A DNA stretch of 64,000 nt from positions 6,326 to 70,325 of the forward strand of contig PDOO01000034.1 in NCBI GenBank assembly GCA_002742885.1. The letters are read 5' to 3'. Position numbers and translations under genes: made by a program. The DNA is from Candidatus Cloacimonadota bacterium. GTDB taxonomy: Bacteria > Cloacimonadota > Cloacimonadia > Cloacimonadales > GCA-2742885. Numbering within the stretch: the stretch's first letter is position 1; each line of letters starts with the position of its first letter. Below, in pieces: positions 36,729-47,589 of this stretch. Under the pieces are notes generated by a model that was given only the letters and a program-made list of their open reading frames with translations, did no database searches and had not been told where the DNA came from.

Positions 36729-37898
36729 TTATACTTTACGCAATTCCTCAACTTTGTCTGTTTTCTCCCAAGTAAATTCTTCAAGTTCACGTCCGAAATG
36801 ACCGTAAGCGGCTGTTTTGCGATAAATCGGACGACGCAATTTAAGAGTTGAAATAATTCCTTCCGGGGTAAGATCAAAAACTTTTCTGACTTTCTCGACT
36901 ATTTCGGCTTCGTCAATTTTTGCGGTACCGAATGATTCCACCATTACTGAAACCGGTTCAGATACGCCGATGGCATAAGCCAATTCAACTTCGCATTCAT
37001 CGCAGAATCCGGCAGCAACGATATTTTTAGCAATATAGCGAGCCATATAAGCGGCGCTTCTGTCAACTTTTGTCGGATCTTTGCCGGAGAAACAACCTCC
37101 GCCGTGGCTTCCCTTTCCGCCGTAAGTATCAACTATAATCTTACGCCCGGTCAATCCCGTATCGGCATGAGGTCCTCCGATAACAAATCTTCCGGTAGGA
37201 TTTATAAATATTTTGGTATTTTCATCCATAAGCGAAGCATCGATTATCGGTTTTATTACTTCTTCAATCATATCTTTGTGAATTTGCTCCTGAGTTACGT
37301 CAGGATCGTGTTGAGTGGAAATAACGATAGCGTCAATTCTTTTAGGTTTTCCGTTTTCGTATTCTACTGTTACCTGAGTTTTTCCGTCAGGTCTCAAATA
37401 GCAAAGTTTTGCCGGACGATCAAGGCAACCTTTTCTGACAAAAGCAAGTCTTTCCGCCAATTTATGGGCAAGAGCAATCGGCAACGGCATAAGTTCCGCA
37501 GTTTCCCGGCAGGCATATCCGAACATCATTCCCTGATCGCCTGCTCCCTGAGCATGATCTTTTGTTTTATTTACTCCCATGGCGATGTCGGGTGATTGTT
37601 TGTCAATAGTGGTTAAAACCGAGCAGGTTTTGCAGTCTATTCCGTAATCTGCATTAGTATAACCTATTTCTTTGATAGTATTGCGAATAATTCCGGGAAT
37701 ATCGACATAGCATGAAGTGGTTATTTCTCCGCCGACCAATGCCATCCCCGTAGTTACAAAAGTTTCGCAAGCTACGCGAGCATAAGGGTCTTTAGAGTAA
37801 ATTGCATCCAAAATAGAATCTGATATTTGGTCAGCCATTTTGTCGGGATGACCTTCCGTTACCGATTCGGATGTAAAAAAGTAATTTTTGGTATTCAT
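36729..37898 (-). CDS. metK: S-adenosylmethionine synthetase
   Basis: 389 aa. [30 protein letters not shown] and [19 protein letters not shown]. Confidence 0.97.
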   Translation of the reverse strand: MNTKNYFFTSESVTEGHPDKMADQISDSILDAIYSKDPYARVACETFVTTGMALVGGEITTSCYVDIPGIIRNTIKEIGYTNADYGIDCKTCSVLTTIDKQSPDIAMGVNKTKDHAQGAGDQGMMFGYACRETAELMPLPIALAHKLAERLAFVRKGCLDRPAKLCYLRPDGKTQVTVEYENGKPKRIDAIVISTQHDPDVTQEQIHKDMIEEVIKPIIDASLMDENTKIFINPTGRFVIGGPHADTGLTGRKIIVDTYGGKGSHGGGCFSGKDPTKVDRSAAYMARYIAKNIVAAGFCDECEVELAYAIGVSEPVSVMVESFGTAKIDEAEIVEKVRKVFDLTPEGIISTLKLRRPIYRKTAAYGHFGRELEEFTWEKTDKVEELRKV

Positions 37899-37909
37899 TT
37901 ATTCTCCTG

Positions 37910-38959
37910 TTACAATTGTTTTTTCAAAAAATTAATATATTCTATCGAAGTCGGATTTTGTTCGTTTAAAATCCCCAAATAAAAGCTGATCATATCTGCA
38001 AGATAAATTACGGAAAAATTTTCTTCGATAACTGATTTACCTTCGGTGTACAAATCTAATGTCTCTGTATTATTCTTTTCGAGCAAACTCCTGAAAGCTT
38101 TAAGTCTTTTCGAATATTGACCGTCATCAGACATCCTTGTTATGAAAACAGGGATAAAATTATCGAATTTACCGCATTCCCAAGCTTCAATCTCGTTGTG
38201 ATTCATCTCGGAAAACGTATGACAAAAGGCAGGATATTTACTGTTTTCGTTAATTTGGCATTTCATTCTGTAAGCAGCCGGATAAAGGTCGGGATTATTA
38301 GAATAAATTATAGGAATTTTGCCGTTAATTTGGCGAGCAAACATTTTGGCGAGATTACTCCTTTCTTCCTGCGCCATGCAAATTGCTCCGGCTTTGGTGA
38401 TCAAATGAGCAAGAACAGGTTTTGCAACTTCTTCCTGACTTTCGATAACTTCAAAAGCTTCCATAATTTTTATAAGTCCCCAAAAAAGGTAAGCTACTGC
38501 TGAGCGAGGCGGTAAATTCGGCGGTAAAGGGTAGCTGATAAATTTATCTTTAATCAATTCTCCCAACTTTCCTCCGGAAGTAACCGCTCCGAAATATCCT
38601 CCGCAACCGAGAGCTTCTTTAAAACAGGTTAAAGTTTCTTCCGTATTCCCAGAATAACTCATGGCAATAACCAAAGCAGATTCATCGCAATAAGGCAACC
38701 TGTAATCTTTAACGACTTCCACGGGAATTTTTTTATTAAAAGCGGCTTTGGCAAGATCGGCGGAAACGGCTGATCCTCCCATACCGCAAATAATAACTCT
38801 CTTTATTAAGCTTTTATCATACTTGAAAAAAGGTTCGGGTTTAATTAAGTCGGTTTCAAAATAAGCAAAATGAAGCTGTTCGGGAGTATGTATGATTTTA
38901 TGATACATATCCTCTTTATCTGATTTAGATATTATACTGTGATCATCCAATGAAATCAT
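37910..38959 (-). CDS. Bifunctional phosphoglucose/phosphomannose isomerase-type SIS protein
   Basis: 349 aa. SIS motif ICGMGGSAVSADL, then SYSGNTEET. Size and layout match the PGI/PMI family. Confidence 0.65.
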   Translation of the reverse strand: MISLDDHSIISKSDKEDMYHKIIHTPEQLHFAYFETDLIKPEPFFKYDKSLIKRVIICGMGGSAVSADLAKAAFNKKIPVEVVKDYRLPYCDESALVIAMSYSGNTEETLTCFKEALGCGGYFGAVTSGGKLGELIKDKFISYPLPPNLPPRSAVAYLFWGLIKIMEAFEVIESQEEVAKPVLAHLITKAGAICMAQEERSNLAKMFARQINGKIPIIYSNNPDLYPAAYRMKCQINENSKYPAFCHTFSEMNHNEIEAWECGKFDNFIPVFITRMSDDGQYSKRLKAFRSLLEKNNTETLDLYTEGKSVIEENFSVIYLADMISFYLGILNEQNPTSIEYINFLKKQL

Positions 38960-38980
38960 GATATTATCTCCAATAATTAA

Positions 38981-40297
38981 TTACTTCCTTTTAGCTTTAA
39001 GATAAGCTTTCATTTCTTCGGCTTCTTTCTCAAAACCTTTTCTTCCCATAAGCGAGAAAGTTGCAATTTTACCGGCTTCGACTCCGGGTTGATCCAAAGG
39101 ATTTATGTTCAGCAATATTCCGGCATAGACTGTCATTATTTCAAACAACATAAAAGCTTGACCCAAGTGATATTCGTCAAGTTCAGGAAAAATTAAAGCG
39201 CAATTAACTCTTTTAACGTCTGTCAAAGCTTTTTCGGTTGCCAAACATTCGGCATTTAACAAGTCCGATAAATTATGGTTGCTTAAATAGTCAAGTTCCG
39301 GGAGTAAATCGGACTTAATTATTTTATAATCGGCATGAAATTTTTCGACTTTCAGAAAAGTAAAAATCTTATCATCCGGTCCCTCGGCATACAATTGAAC
39401 CTGAGAATGCTGATCCGTTGCGCCTAATGCAACAGTCGGTGTTTGCCCCGTGTTTACGACTTTTCCTGCAAGATCAAAACGTTTACCCAAACTTTCTGCC
39501 CAAAGCTGTTTGAACCAATCTGCAAAAGAAACAAGAGAATTTGAATAAGGGAACATCACGGCAATATTTTTATTTTCAAACATGCCGTTAACGTGAGATA
39601 TAGCCAAATTATATGCGGGACTCTCCTGAATATCGGAAGTCAAACAAATATTTTTCATGTCGTCCGCTCCTTTCAGCATTTTTTCGATATCCAAACCAAG
39701 AAAAGCCGACGGCAAAAGACCTGCGGGCGTTAAAACGGAAAATCGTCCTCCGACATTCTCGGGAATTTCAAAACATTTAACCCCGATTTTATTTGCAACT
39801 TTATTTAATAATCCCTTTTCAGGATCAGTTGTAAAGACAAGGTGATTTTTAAAATCTTCTCCCAGTTTTTTCTTCATTATATCCAAAATAATCAAAAAAA
39901 TGCTCATTGTCTCGGCAGTTGCGCCGGATTTAGTTATAACATTTACCAAAGTTCTTTTGAAATCAAGTCCGCATATATTTTTACGAATAAAACCGGGATC
40001 AACATTATCCAATATAATTAATTTCTTTCTCGGATCGCTTTTATGCTGCAAAGCGGACTTTACGGCTAAACTGCCCAGAGCAGAGCCTCCGATTCCGATA
40101 ACAACCAAATTATCAAACTCTTTGCAATTTTCGGAAACGTAATTTTTTATGTCTGAAATATCTTTGCCGGGCAATTCCAAAAATCCGTAAGTACTGTTTT
40201 CGCTGTAATCAAGAAGTTTACGATGAGCATCGGCAGTTTGAGAATAATTAACGGTCTTCTTTAAAAAATCCAAATTGTTAAAATCAAATTTAAGCAT
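38981..40297 (-). CDS. pgi: Glucose-6-phosphate isomerase (short bacterial form)
   Basis: 438 aa. VVIGIGGSALGS, ITKSGATAET, GGRFSVLT and GATDQHSQVQLY. Confidence 0.9.
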   Translation of the reverse strand: MLKFDFNNLDFLKKTVNYSQTADAHRKLLDYSENSTYGFLELPGKDISDIKNYVSENCKEFDNLVVIGIGGSALGSLAVKSALQHKSDPRKKLIILDNVDPGFIRKNICGLDFKRTLVNVITKSGATAETMSIFLIILDIMKKKLGEDFKNHLVFTTDPEKGLLNKVANKIGVKCFEIPENVGGRFSVLTPAGLLPSAFLGLDIEKMLKGADDMKNICLTSDIQESPAYNLAISHVNGMFENKNIAVMFPYSNSLVSFADWFKQLWAESLGKRFDLAGKVVNTGQTPTVALGATDQHSQVQLYAEGPDDKIFTFLKVEKFHADYKIIKSDLLPELDYLSNHNLSDLLNAECLATEKALTDVKRVNCALIFPELDEYHLGQAFMLFEIMTVYAGILLNINPLDQPGVEAGKIATFSLMGRKGFEKEAEEMKAYLKAKRK

Positions 40298-40306
40298 GTT
40301 TACCTC

Positions 40307-40330
40307 AAAAAAAAAGCCCCGTTAAGGGGC
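40307..40330 (-). terminator. Rho-independent terminator
   Basis: Minus strand: GCCCC, TTAAC loop, GGGGC, then T9. It sits immediately before the pgi RBS (GAGGTAAAC-ATG). Confidence 0.7.
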
Positions 40331-40339
40331 ATTAAATAT

Positions 40340-40756
40340 TTATTGTTGTTTATCTTCCGGACTTTCGTCTTCTTTATTTTCTTCAAACCCTTCAACATCA
40401 TCTTTTGCAGCTTCTTCGACATTTTCGGATTCGCATTTTTCAGCAGTATCAACATCGACGGAAATGGCAAGAGAGGATAATTCGGGATGGAAATCATCTA
40501 TATATTCCAAAACAGCTTCATGCAAATCGTCAACATCCATATCAATGTTTTCATCAAACATTAAACTTATTTTTAACGAGAAAAGCAAAAAATTGAGAGA
40601 GATGTTGGGTTTTACGCCGGTTCTCTCTTTCAAAAAAGTCGGCAATGTTTTAGATAAAGTACAAATTGATTTTACTTTATTTCCTATTTTTACGGCAACA
40701 TAAATCACTCCGGAAATTGTCGCCAATTTAAGAACTTTACCAAAGAATTTTTTCAT
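40340..40756 (-). CDS. Hypothetical membrane-anchored acidic protein
   Basis: 138 aa. N-terminal hydrophobic segment and a highly acidic C-terminal tail. Confidence 0.4.
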   Translation of the reverse strand: MKKFFGKVLKLATISGVIYVAVKIGNKVKSICTLSKTLPTFLKERTGVKPNISLNFLLFSLKISLMFDENIDMDVDDLHEAVLEYIDDFHPELSSLAISVDVDTAEKCESENVEEAAKDDVEGFEENKEDESPEDKQQ

Positions 40757-40787
40757 GATACCTCCCTGATTCTCGGTATTATATTAT

Positions 40788-41486
40788 TTATTTGTATAAT
40801 GATTTTACTCTTCCCCAAGAAGTATTATTGATATTTCTGGAGTCGGAAACAAAATCTTTTCCCGAACGAGGCTGCAATTTAAATTCTCCGCAATTGTAAA
40901 CTATTACTCCGGATATCTTGCTGATATCAGCTCCCCGACCGAGCTTTTTTATAAAGTTAATATAAGATTGCGGCAATTCAACCATACATTTTCCCGTTCC
41001 GTCATCAACGTAAAGACAGTTGTTGCGAATAATCGTGTTATCGGCATTAATGGAAACAAATACGCCTTCGTAAGCTTCGTTTGTATTCATTTCATTGACG
41101 GTAATTTCAATCGGAACAGGCTCATTGTATGCAGAGATTACCGATAAATCCCTGATTTTTTTGATACATGTTTCACCGAAAATTTCCGATACGGTTCCCG
41201 TAACTTTTATTTCCGAATTAAGTTTTATTTTATTTGAGAATCTGTTATCGGCGCAAAGAATTCCGCTCCAAGGGCGGCTTTGTTTTTCCTGAATATAAAA
41301 AGAGCCGTTTTCATTGATTTTGGAAACTATACCTGAGACGGTAACATTTTTTCCGGAAAACGAGGACGGATAAGTTCCGTCAAATCCGCTGTCAACGCAA
41401 TACTGAATATCGCTTATTTTATTCATCGACGACAGACTTGAACAAAAAACGATGAAACAGGCAAAAATAAGTTTATAAAATTTCAT
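40788..41486 (-). CDS. Hypothetical secreted protein
   Basis: I chose the start at 41486 (MKFYKLIFACFIVFCSSLSS), which follows a GGAGG RBS. The track ORF extends spuriously to 41690. Two OB-like repeats (VTVSGIV / IKVTGTV). Confidence 0.5.
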   Translation of the reverse strand: MKFYKLIFACFIVFCSSLSSMNKISDIQYCVDSGFDGTYPSSFSGKNVTVSGIVSKINENGSFYIQEKQSRPWSGILCADNRFSNKIKLNSEIKVTGTVSEIFGETCIKKIRDLSVISAYNEPVPIEITVNEMNTNEAYEGVFVSINADNTIIRNNCLYVDDGTGKCMVELPQSYINFIKKLGRGADISKISGVIVYNCGEFKLQPRSGKDFVSDSRNINNTSWGRVKSLYK

Positions 41487-41943
41487 TGTTCCTCCGTATA
41501 GAATCAAGGCACACTGATTAGAGAAGAGAAAGTATGTCAAGATATTTATTGTCTTTAATGAAAAGACATTTAGGAAAAAGGAGTTACAATATAAATTATT
41601 CTTTTTAAAATATAGATTTAAATAAGCCCTGACAAAGAAAAAAATCAAGTATCCCCAAAATAGCATTTCATCGGAATCAAAAATTTTCATATTGCATCTT
41701 GAAAATAAAAAATGTACCCCAAAAAGACAAAAATGCGCATATTTATAAAAAATAATAATCTTTCCGCCCTTAAAACAGATAAAGAAAAATCATAATAAAC
41801 AGAGACAATTAATTGACCTAAAGAATTTATAAATAAGGATAAAACCGGAGTCCCTTTAATATTTGTCAAAAAGTTACTTGACCTCTGACCACATATTTTG
41901 TGTTTGACACTTCAAAATTAACAAACTAAAAAAGGACAGGTTT

Positions 41944-44016
41944 ATGCCGATAAGAAAAGTCAGGAATATCGGAATCAGCGCTCATATTGACTCCGGTAAA
42001 ACTACGCTTACCGAAAGAATATTATATTATTGCAATAAAATTTATCGTATAGGCGAAGTAAGAGGAAAAGACGGAGTCGGAGCTACAATGGACTCCATGG
42101 AATTGGAAAAAGAAAGAGGAATTACCATTTCTTCGGCGGCAACAAACGTTGCTTGGAAAGATCACAGAATAAATATTATAGACACGCCAGGACACGTGGA
42201 TTTTACCGTAGAAGTGGAAAACGCTTTACGCGTTCTTGACGGCGCAGTTCTTGTTCTCTGTTCAGTGGGCGGAGTTCAATCGCAATCAATTACGGTTGAT
42301 CGCCAGTTAAAACGTTATCACGTCCCCCATTTGGCTTTTGTCAATAAAATGGACAGAACGGGCGCCGATCCGCTCAAAGTAAAAGATCAGCTTGCCGAAA
42401 GACTCGGACACAATGCGGTAATGATGCAATTGCCCATAGGAGCCGGAGAAAACTTTGAAGGCATTATCGATCTTATCACAATGAAAGCTCGTTATTTTGA
42501 AGGTCAAAACGGAGAAGAAATTATAGAAAAAGATATTCCGGCAAACCTTTTGGAAGAAGCGGAAGAATACAGAGAAATTCTTTTAGACCAGGTTTCCATG
42601 CATTGCGACGATCTGGCGGAAGCCTTTTTGGAAGATAAAGTTACCGACGAACTTATTTACAGAGCGGTAAGAAACGCCGTTATTTCCATGGAAATGACTC
42701 CCGTTTTCTTGGGTTCCGCTTACAAAAATAAAGGCGTGCAAATGCTTCTTGATGCGGTTCTTAAATATCTTCCGAGTCCTAACGAAAGAATGAATACGGC
42801 TATTGATCTCAATAATAACGAAGAAGAAATTCACTTGTATCCGGACCCGAAACTTCCTTTCGTCGCTTTGGCATTTAAACTGGAAAATCAACAATACGGT
42901 CAATTAACTTACTTGAGAATATATCAGGGAACTTTGAAAAAAGGCGATGACATTATAAATACCAGAACCGGGAAAAAAGTAAAAGTCGGACGACTTGCCA
43001 AAATGCACGCTTCCAGCATGGAGGAAATCGATGTCGCTTACGGCGGAACAATCGTTGCCATGTTCGGCGTTGACTGTGCTTTGGGCGATTCTTTCTGTTC
43101 TCCCGAAATAAACGTGTCGCTTAAACCCTCATTTGTTCCGGAACCGATTATTTCTTTGTCGCTTAAAGCCAAAAACAATAAATCCAATGACCAAATGTCT
43201 AAAGCGCTGGCTCGTTTTACCAAAGAAGATCCGACTTTCAAAACATATTATGATCATGAAACCGATGATACCATTATATCCGGCATGGGCGAGCTTCACC
43301 TGAACGTTTATATTGAAAGAATGAAACGCGAATACGGGGTTGATTTGGAAGCAGGAGAACCGAGAGTCGCTTATCGAGAAACCATTACCAAAGCCGTACC
43401 TTTCAACTATATCCATAAAAAACAATCCGGCGGTCGAGGTCAATTTGCTCACGTAACCGGATTCCTCGAACATACCGGTCAGGATGAAAACCTGTTTGTA
43501 GATGAAATAAAAGGCGGAAACATTCCGGCAAACTTCATCCCGGGATGTGAAAAAGGTTTTGACGCTTCTCTTGAGAAAGGAGCTTTAACCGGATTCCCTA
43601 TTGTCGGTCTTAAATTCCGCTTGGTTGACGGAAATTATCATACCGTTGACTCTTCTCTGCTTGCTTTTGAAACAGCCGTTAAAATGGCGATAAAAGAAAG
43701 CTACGCCAAAGCAAAACCGGCAGTTCTTGAACCGATTATGAAAATATCAATCGAGACACCGTCCGAGACCAGAGGAAACGCTTTGGCTATCGTAAATCAG
43801 CGAAGAGGAATGATCACAGATACCGTGGTTGAAGATCATTTTACCAGAATAGATGCCGATTTACCGCTGAACGAGACTTTCGGAATTGCTACCGCTCTTC
43901 GTTCCGCAACTCAAGGTAAAGCCGAATTTACCATGGAATTCGGAAAATACAGCAAAGCTCCTCAAAGTATTCAGGAAGAGATAATCAAGAATATTCAGGA
44001 AAAGAAAAAACAATAA
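41944..44016 (+). CDS. fusA: Elongation factor G paralogue (EF-G, mitochondrial/spd-like subtype)
   Basis: 690 aa. [39 protein letters not shown]. Confidence 0.9.
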   Translation: MPIRKVRNIGISAHIDSGKTTLTERILYYCNKIYRIGEVRGKDGVGATMDSMELEKERGITISSAATNVAWKDHRINIIDTPGHVDFTVEVENALRVLDGAVLVLCSVGGVQSQSITVDRQLKRYHVPHLAFVNKMDRTGADPLKVKDQLAERLGHNAVMMQLPIGAGENFEGIIDLITMKARYFEGQNGEEIIEKDIPANLLEEAEEYREILLDQVSMHCDDLAEAFLEDKVTDELIYRAVRNAVISMEMTPVFLGSAYKNKGVQMLLDAVLKYLPSPNERMNTAIDLNNNEEEIHLYPDPKLPFVALAFKLENQQYGQLTYLRIYQGTLKKGDDIINTRTGKKVKVGRLAKMHASSMEEIDVAYGGTIVAMFGVDCALGDSFCSPEINVSLKPSFVPEPIISLSLKAKNNKSNDQMSKALARFTKEDPTFKTYYDHETDDTIISGMGELHLNVYIERMKREYGVDLEAGEPRVAYRETITKAVPFNYIHKKQSGGRGQFAHVTGFLEHTGQDENLFVDEIKGGNIPANFIPGCEKGFDASLEKGALTGFPIVGLKFRLVDGNYHTVDSSLLAFETAVKMAIKESYAKAKPAVLEPIMKISIETPSETRGNALAIVNQRRGMITDTVVEDHFTRIDADLPLNETFGIATALRSATQGKAEFTMEFGKYSKAPQSIQEEIIKNIQEKKKQ

Positions 44017-44033
44017 TAATTATTAAAAAAAAT

Positions 44034-44067
44034 AAGCCTCTTCCCCGCCAAGGCAGTTAAGAGGCTT
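44034..44067 (+). terminator. Hairpin terminator after the EF-G gene
   Basis: AAGCCTCTT, 16-nt loop (with inner GCC/GGC pairing), AAGAGGCTT, then TCTTTAT. Confidence 0.5.
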
Positions 44068-44336
44068 TCTTTATATTATACGCCAATTCTCAGCTGAATC
44101 AGCTAAAATTAAATTATATATCTTATCCTTTTTAATTTTTTTTGATTAAAATCGCTGCCAAAGACACCAGTTTGCCAAAATCACGATAAGAATTAATTAA
44201 AAATTTAAATCTGTTTAAATAATCAATAACAATACCCCAAAATTAATAACTTATTATTGTTGCCTGATTTTTTATTGGCGCTTGCCGGGCATGAGGTTAA
44301 AGGTAAAAGATAAAATTAAGTTCCCGGCAGGCATTT

Positions 44337-45650
44337 TTACTCGGTTGTTATTTTAAGTATTTTACTTTTATAAATACGAGCCTTTGCCAATATTTGATCT
44401 TCATCTGCAATCGTTAATTTTCTGTTTTTTAAAACGAATTTTCCGTTTATCATCACATACCTGATTTGTCGGCTGTTCATGGCGTATAAAATTTGAGAAT
44501 AATAGTCATAAATCGGTTGAGTCGCAATATCGTTCAAATCAATAAAAATAATGTCGGCAGCTTTTCCGACTTCAATCGATCCTGTCTCTTTTTCCAGTCC
44601 GAGAGCCTCGGCAGCGCGAATTGTACATTGTCTTAACATTTTTTCGGCGTTAAGAAATTCAGGATCTTTATTCAAACATTTATGCAATTTTGCGGTAAGT
44701 GAAGCTTCTTCCGCTAAGTCCAAGTTGTTGTTTGATGATACGCCGTCCGTAGCAATCGACCAATTTATTTGAGCTTTTTCGTAAGAACTTATCGGAGCGA
44801 ATCCGGATATAAGTTTTAAATTGCTTTTTGTGCAGACGGCTATAGAAGTTCGGGATTCAGCCAAAATTTCAATATCATTTTCGCTGAGATGAATGGCGTG
44901 AGCCGCAACAGATTTATGATTAAGCACACCTGTTTCTTGCAACATTTCAGTCGGAGACATTTTATTCTTATCAAAGAAATCTTTGTTTTCTTTTTCTGTT
45001 TCCGAAAGATGAAAATGAAGAAGCAAATCAAGTTCTTTTGCCAAATTCAAAGCTTTTATCCATGTTTCTTTGCTTGCGGTATAAACTGCGTGAGGAGCGA
45101 CGGCAATATTTATCAGACGATTGTTACGGTACTTGCGATGCAATTCCCGAATAAAATTCAAAGCGGAATCGGATCCGTCGTGCAATCCTGCCGGAAAATC
45201 AATTACGCCTTCCCCGAGAACGGCTCTCATTCCGATTTTTTCGCAGGCTTTCGCCGTTGCGTTTTCAAAAAAATACATGTCGTTAAAGCAGGTTATGCCG
45301 TTTTTGATCATTTCGCATATTCCGTGTACGGATGCATCATAAACAAAATCAAAATCCAGCATTTTTTGTTCTGCGGGCCAGATATGCCGGGTAAGCCAAG
45401 TGTGCAGATCAAGATCATCGGCCAAACCTTTCATGTAAGACATGGCAACATGGGTGTGAGTGTTTATAAAACCGGGCATTAAAATAAATTCGGAACAATC
45501 AATTTCTTCACAGTTTTTATGATTAATTGCAGGAGAAATTTCGGAAATAATTCCGTTTTCGATAAATATGTCGGTATTTTCAAGCAATTCATGATTTGAA
45601 TTCATAGTTAAAACTATTGCATTTTTTAAAATCTTTCGAGACATCAGCAT
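44337..45650 (-). CDS. Amidohydrolase, MTA/SAH deaminase (MtaD)-like
   Basis: 437 aa. PGFINTHTHVAMS metal-binding motif, with HLSE and ATDG motifs. The true start is probably the ATG at 45644, given the spacing to AGGAGG. Confidence 0.7.
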   Translation of the reverse strand: MLMSRKILKNAIVLTMNSNHELLENTDIFIENGIISEISPAINHKNCEEIDCSEFILMPGFINTHTHVAMSYMKGLADDLDLHTWLTRHIWPAEQKMLDFDFVYDASVHGICEMIKNGITCFNDMYFFENATAKACEKIGMRAVLGEGVIDFPAGLHDGSDSALNFIRELHRKYRNNRLINIAVAPHAVYTASKETWIKALNLAKELDLLLHFHLSETEKENKDFFDKNKMSPTEMLQETGVLNHKSVAAHAIHLSENDIEILAESRTSIAVCTKSNLKLISGFAPISSYEKAQINWSIATDGVSSNNNLDLAEEASLTAKLHKCLNKDPEFLNAEKMLRQCTIRAAEALGLEKETGSIEVGKAADIIFIDLNDIATQPIYDYYSQILYAMNSRQIRYVMINGKFVLKNRKLTIADEDQILAKARIYKSKILKITTE

Positions 45651-45665
45651 TATCCTCCTGTAAAA

Positions 45666-46928
45666 TCAAATTTCCGGGACGACAGATTTTCCGGACAGAT
45701 CATTTTCTTCTTTTTTTATGATCAGATTAAGTTTATAGCTAAGAACAGATGAAGTTATCAAGGCAACGGCAGCAACAGCAAAAACGACGTTAATATTTAC
45801 GTATTTCATTATAAAAAATCCGATTAAAGGTACAAAAAATCCCCTGACTCCCGTAAGCGTAATATGAACGCTTTGATAAACAGAAGCATCGTTTTTACCG
45901 GCAAAATATATAGAGCCGATATTCCAGCTGACGTTGATCCCGGACATGGCAATACCGAAAATAACATAAGCCGAAAAAACAAAAAGATAAGAATAATCAG
46001 AACCGACAAAAATATTTGCAGCCAACAAAAAAACAGGATAAAAAGCCAAAGTTCCGAAATAAATTGATGAAAAGAGAGCCGGATTGCGTTTATCATGCAA
46101 TTTTCCAGCTAAAGGAGACAAAAGCAGCAAACCCAATTGCGAAACAACCCCTTTGGCAAGGAAAGCAGTCGTATAATTCATTTTCAATTCCTGAACAAGA
46201 AGCTTAGGTATAACGGGAATTATAATAAGAAAACCTATTCCGTAAATAAAAAAGTTCCTTTCGAAAAGAGCAAATTTTTTATCTTCTTTCAATAACATTA
46301 CAGAATCCGTCAATGGCTTTAAAATAAGATCTTTAAGAGGTTTTTTTACCGCGGGTTCTTTTGTTTTAAAAGGAATAAGCCCGAGAGTAACCGAACTCAT
46401 AAATCCGCAAAACCCGAAAAACATCAGCAAATAACGAAAATATTGACTGTTTATATCCAAAATTCGACCTGAAAAAAAAGTTACGATCAAGGCTATCACG
46501 GTGGTGAGGCTGACCATTTTACCGAATACTCCGCCTCTTATTTCAGGACTTAAATTTGTCTGCATTAAAGAGTTTTGAGCCGGCAGAAGCAAAGCGTTAA
46601 ACGAATAAAACAAAGTCAATAAACCGAGAAACTGATTGACTGTATAAATATAAAAAGAAGCAAGCAAAGGCAATCTTCCGACAAAAGCGGTAATCCAAAA
46701 ATATTTTGATTTATTATTGCTTTGCTGTAAAATTTTCCCCCACCAAATGGAAAAAAAAGTAGATACGGGCCAAATCATGGTCAGCAGAGTTATCTGCCAA
46801 TCCTCAGCGGTCAAAGCTTTCTTGGCAATAACATCCTGCGTGTTGGTCAGGCAAACCGTAAAGCCGTTAAAAAATGCCGTAGCCAACAACATTTTCACCG
46901 TTAAATTTTGGATATTCCTGTTTTTCAT
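45666..46928 (-). CDS. MFS transporter
   Basis: 420 aa, about 12 TM helices. Confidence 0.7.
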   Translation of the reverse strand: MKNRNIQNLTVKMLLATAFFNGFTVCLTNTQDVIAKKALTAEDWQITLLTMIWPVSTFFSIWWGKILQQSNNKSKYFWITAFVGRLPLLASFYIYTVNQFLGLLTLFYSFNALLLPAQNSLMQTNLSPEIRGGVFGKMVSLTTVIALIVTFFSGRILDINSQYFRYLLMFFGFCGFMSSVTLGLIPFKTKEPAVKKPLKDLILKPLTDSVMLLKEDKKFALFERNFFIYGIGFLIIIPVIPKLLVQELKMNYTTAFLAKGVVSQLGLLLLSPLAGKLHDKRNPALFSSIYFGTLAFYPVFLLAANIFVGSDYSYLFVFSAYVIFGIAMSGINVSWNIGSIYFAGKNDASVYQSVHITLTGVRGFFVPLIGFFIMKYVNINVVFAVAAVALITSSVLSYKLNLIIKKEENDLSGKSVVPEI

Positions 46929-47172
46929 ATTTCATTTTTCCGTACTTTTTATTTATTTTTTATCCCAGAGAGGATGAAAATTTTTAGGACTCAATATTGT
47001 AAAGGATAATAGGATTTAAAATTCGCAATTCATAAAATAATTATTCTATCCTGTAAAAATAGTTCTAATTATAATTAAAAAGTGTCTGAATAAATTAAAT
47101 AGAAAAAGTATTGACAATATTACCCGTATTTTTTTTCACTGTCCGAAATTAAACTAATTAAATGGAGGAAAA

Positions 47173-47442
47173 ATGCCGAATCATAAGTCGTGCGAAAAAA
47201 GATTGAGACAAGATAAAAAACGTCATGCGCGTAATCACTTTATCAAATCAACAATAAAAACATTAGCCAAAAAAATTCATTCAGACATTACATTGGAAGA
47301 AAAAGAACAATTATTACATGATATTTACGCACAATTGGACAAAGCAGCCAAAAAAGGCGTTATTCATAAAAGAACCGCTTCCAGAAGAAAATCTCGTTTG
47401 GCATTATATTTTAACAAAGTTAAAGCTGAATCGGCAGAATAA
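47173..47442 (+). CDS. rpsT: 30S ribosomal protein S20
   Basis: 89 aa. MPNHKSCEKRLRQDKKRHARN. GGAGG RBS. Confidence 0.93.
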   Translation: MPNHKSCEKRLRQDKKRHARNHFIKSTIKTLAKKIHSDITLEEKEQLLHDIYAQLDKAAKKGVIHKRTASRRKSRLALYFNKVKAESAE

Positions 47443-47458
47443 TAAATTTAATGAAAGG

Positions 47459-47486
47459 GGCAGGCTTTCGAGTCTGCCTTTTTTTA
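47459..47486 (+). terminator. rpsT terminator
   Basis: GGCAGGC, TTTCGA loop, GTCTGCC, then T7. Confidence 0.75.
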
Positions 47487-47589
47487 TTTGATAAAGGTAT
47501 ATTAAGCCTGAAATCTAAAATAATTAAAAAAAAAGCAACCAAGTTTTTATGCTCAAAAGTTGCTTTCAAATTAACAAACAGAGGCGAAT

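Noticed and set aside
41487-41690. N-terminal 68 codons of the 300-aa ORF 40788-41690
   Set aside because: A GGAGG RBS and a signal peptide start at the ATG at 41486. The upstream part is AT-rich intergenic sequence.
47100-47172. TTGACA at about 47112 upstream of rpsT, and TTGACA motifs at about 41905 and 57044-57076, as promoters
   Set aside because: I could not pair them with a convincing -10 element at proper spacing, so I did not report them as features.
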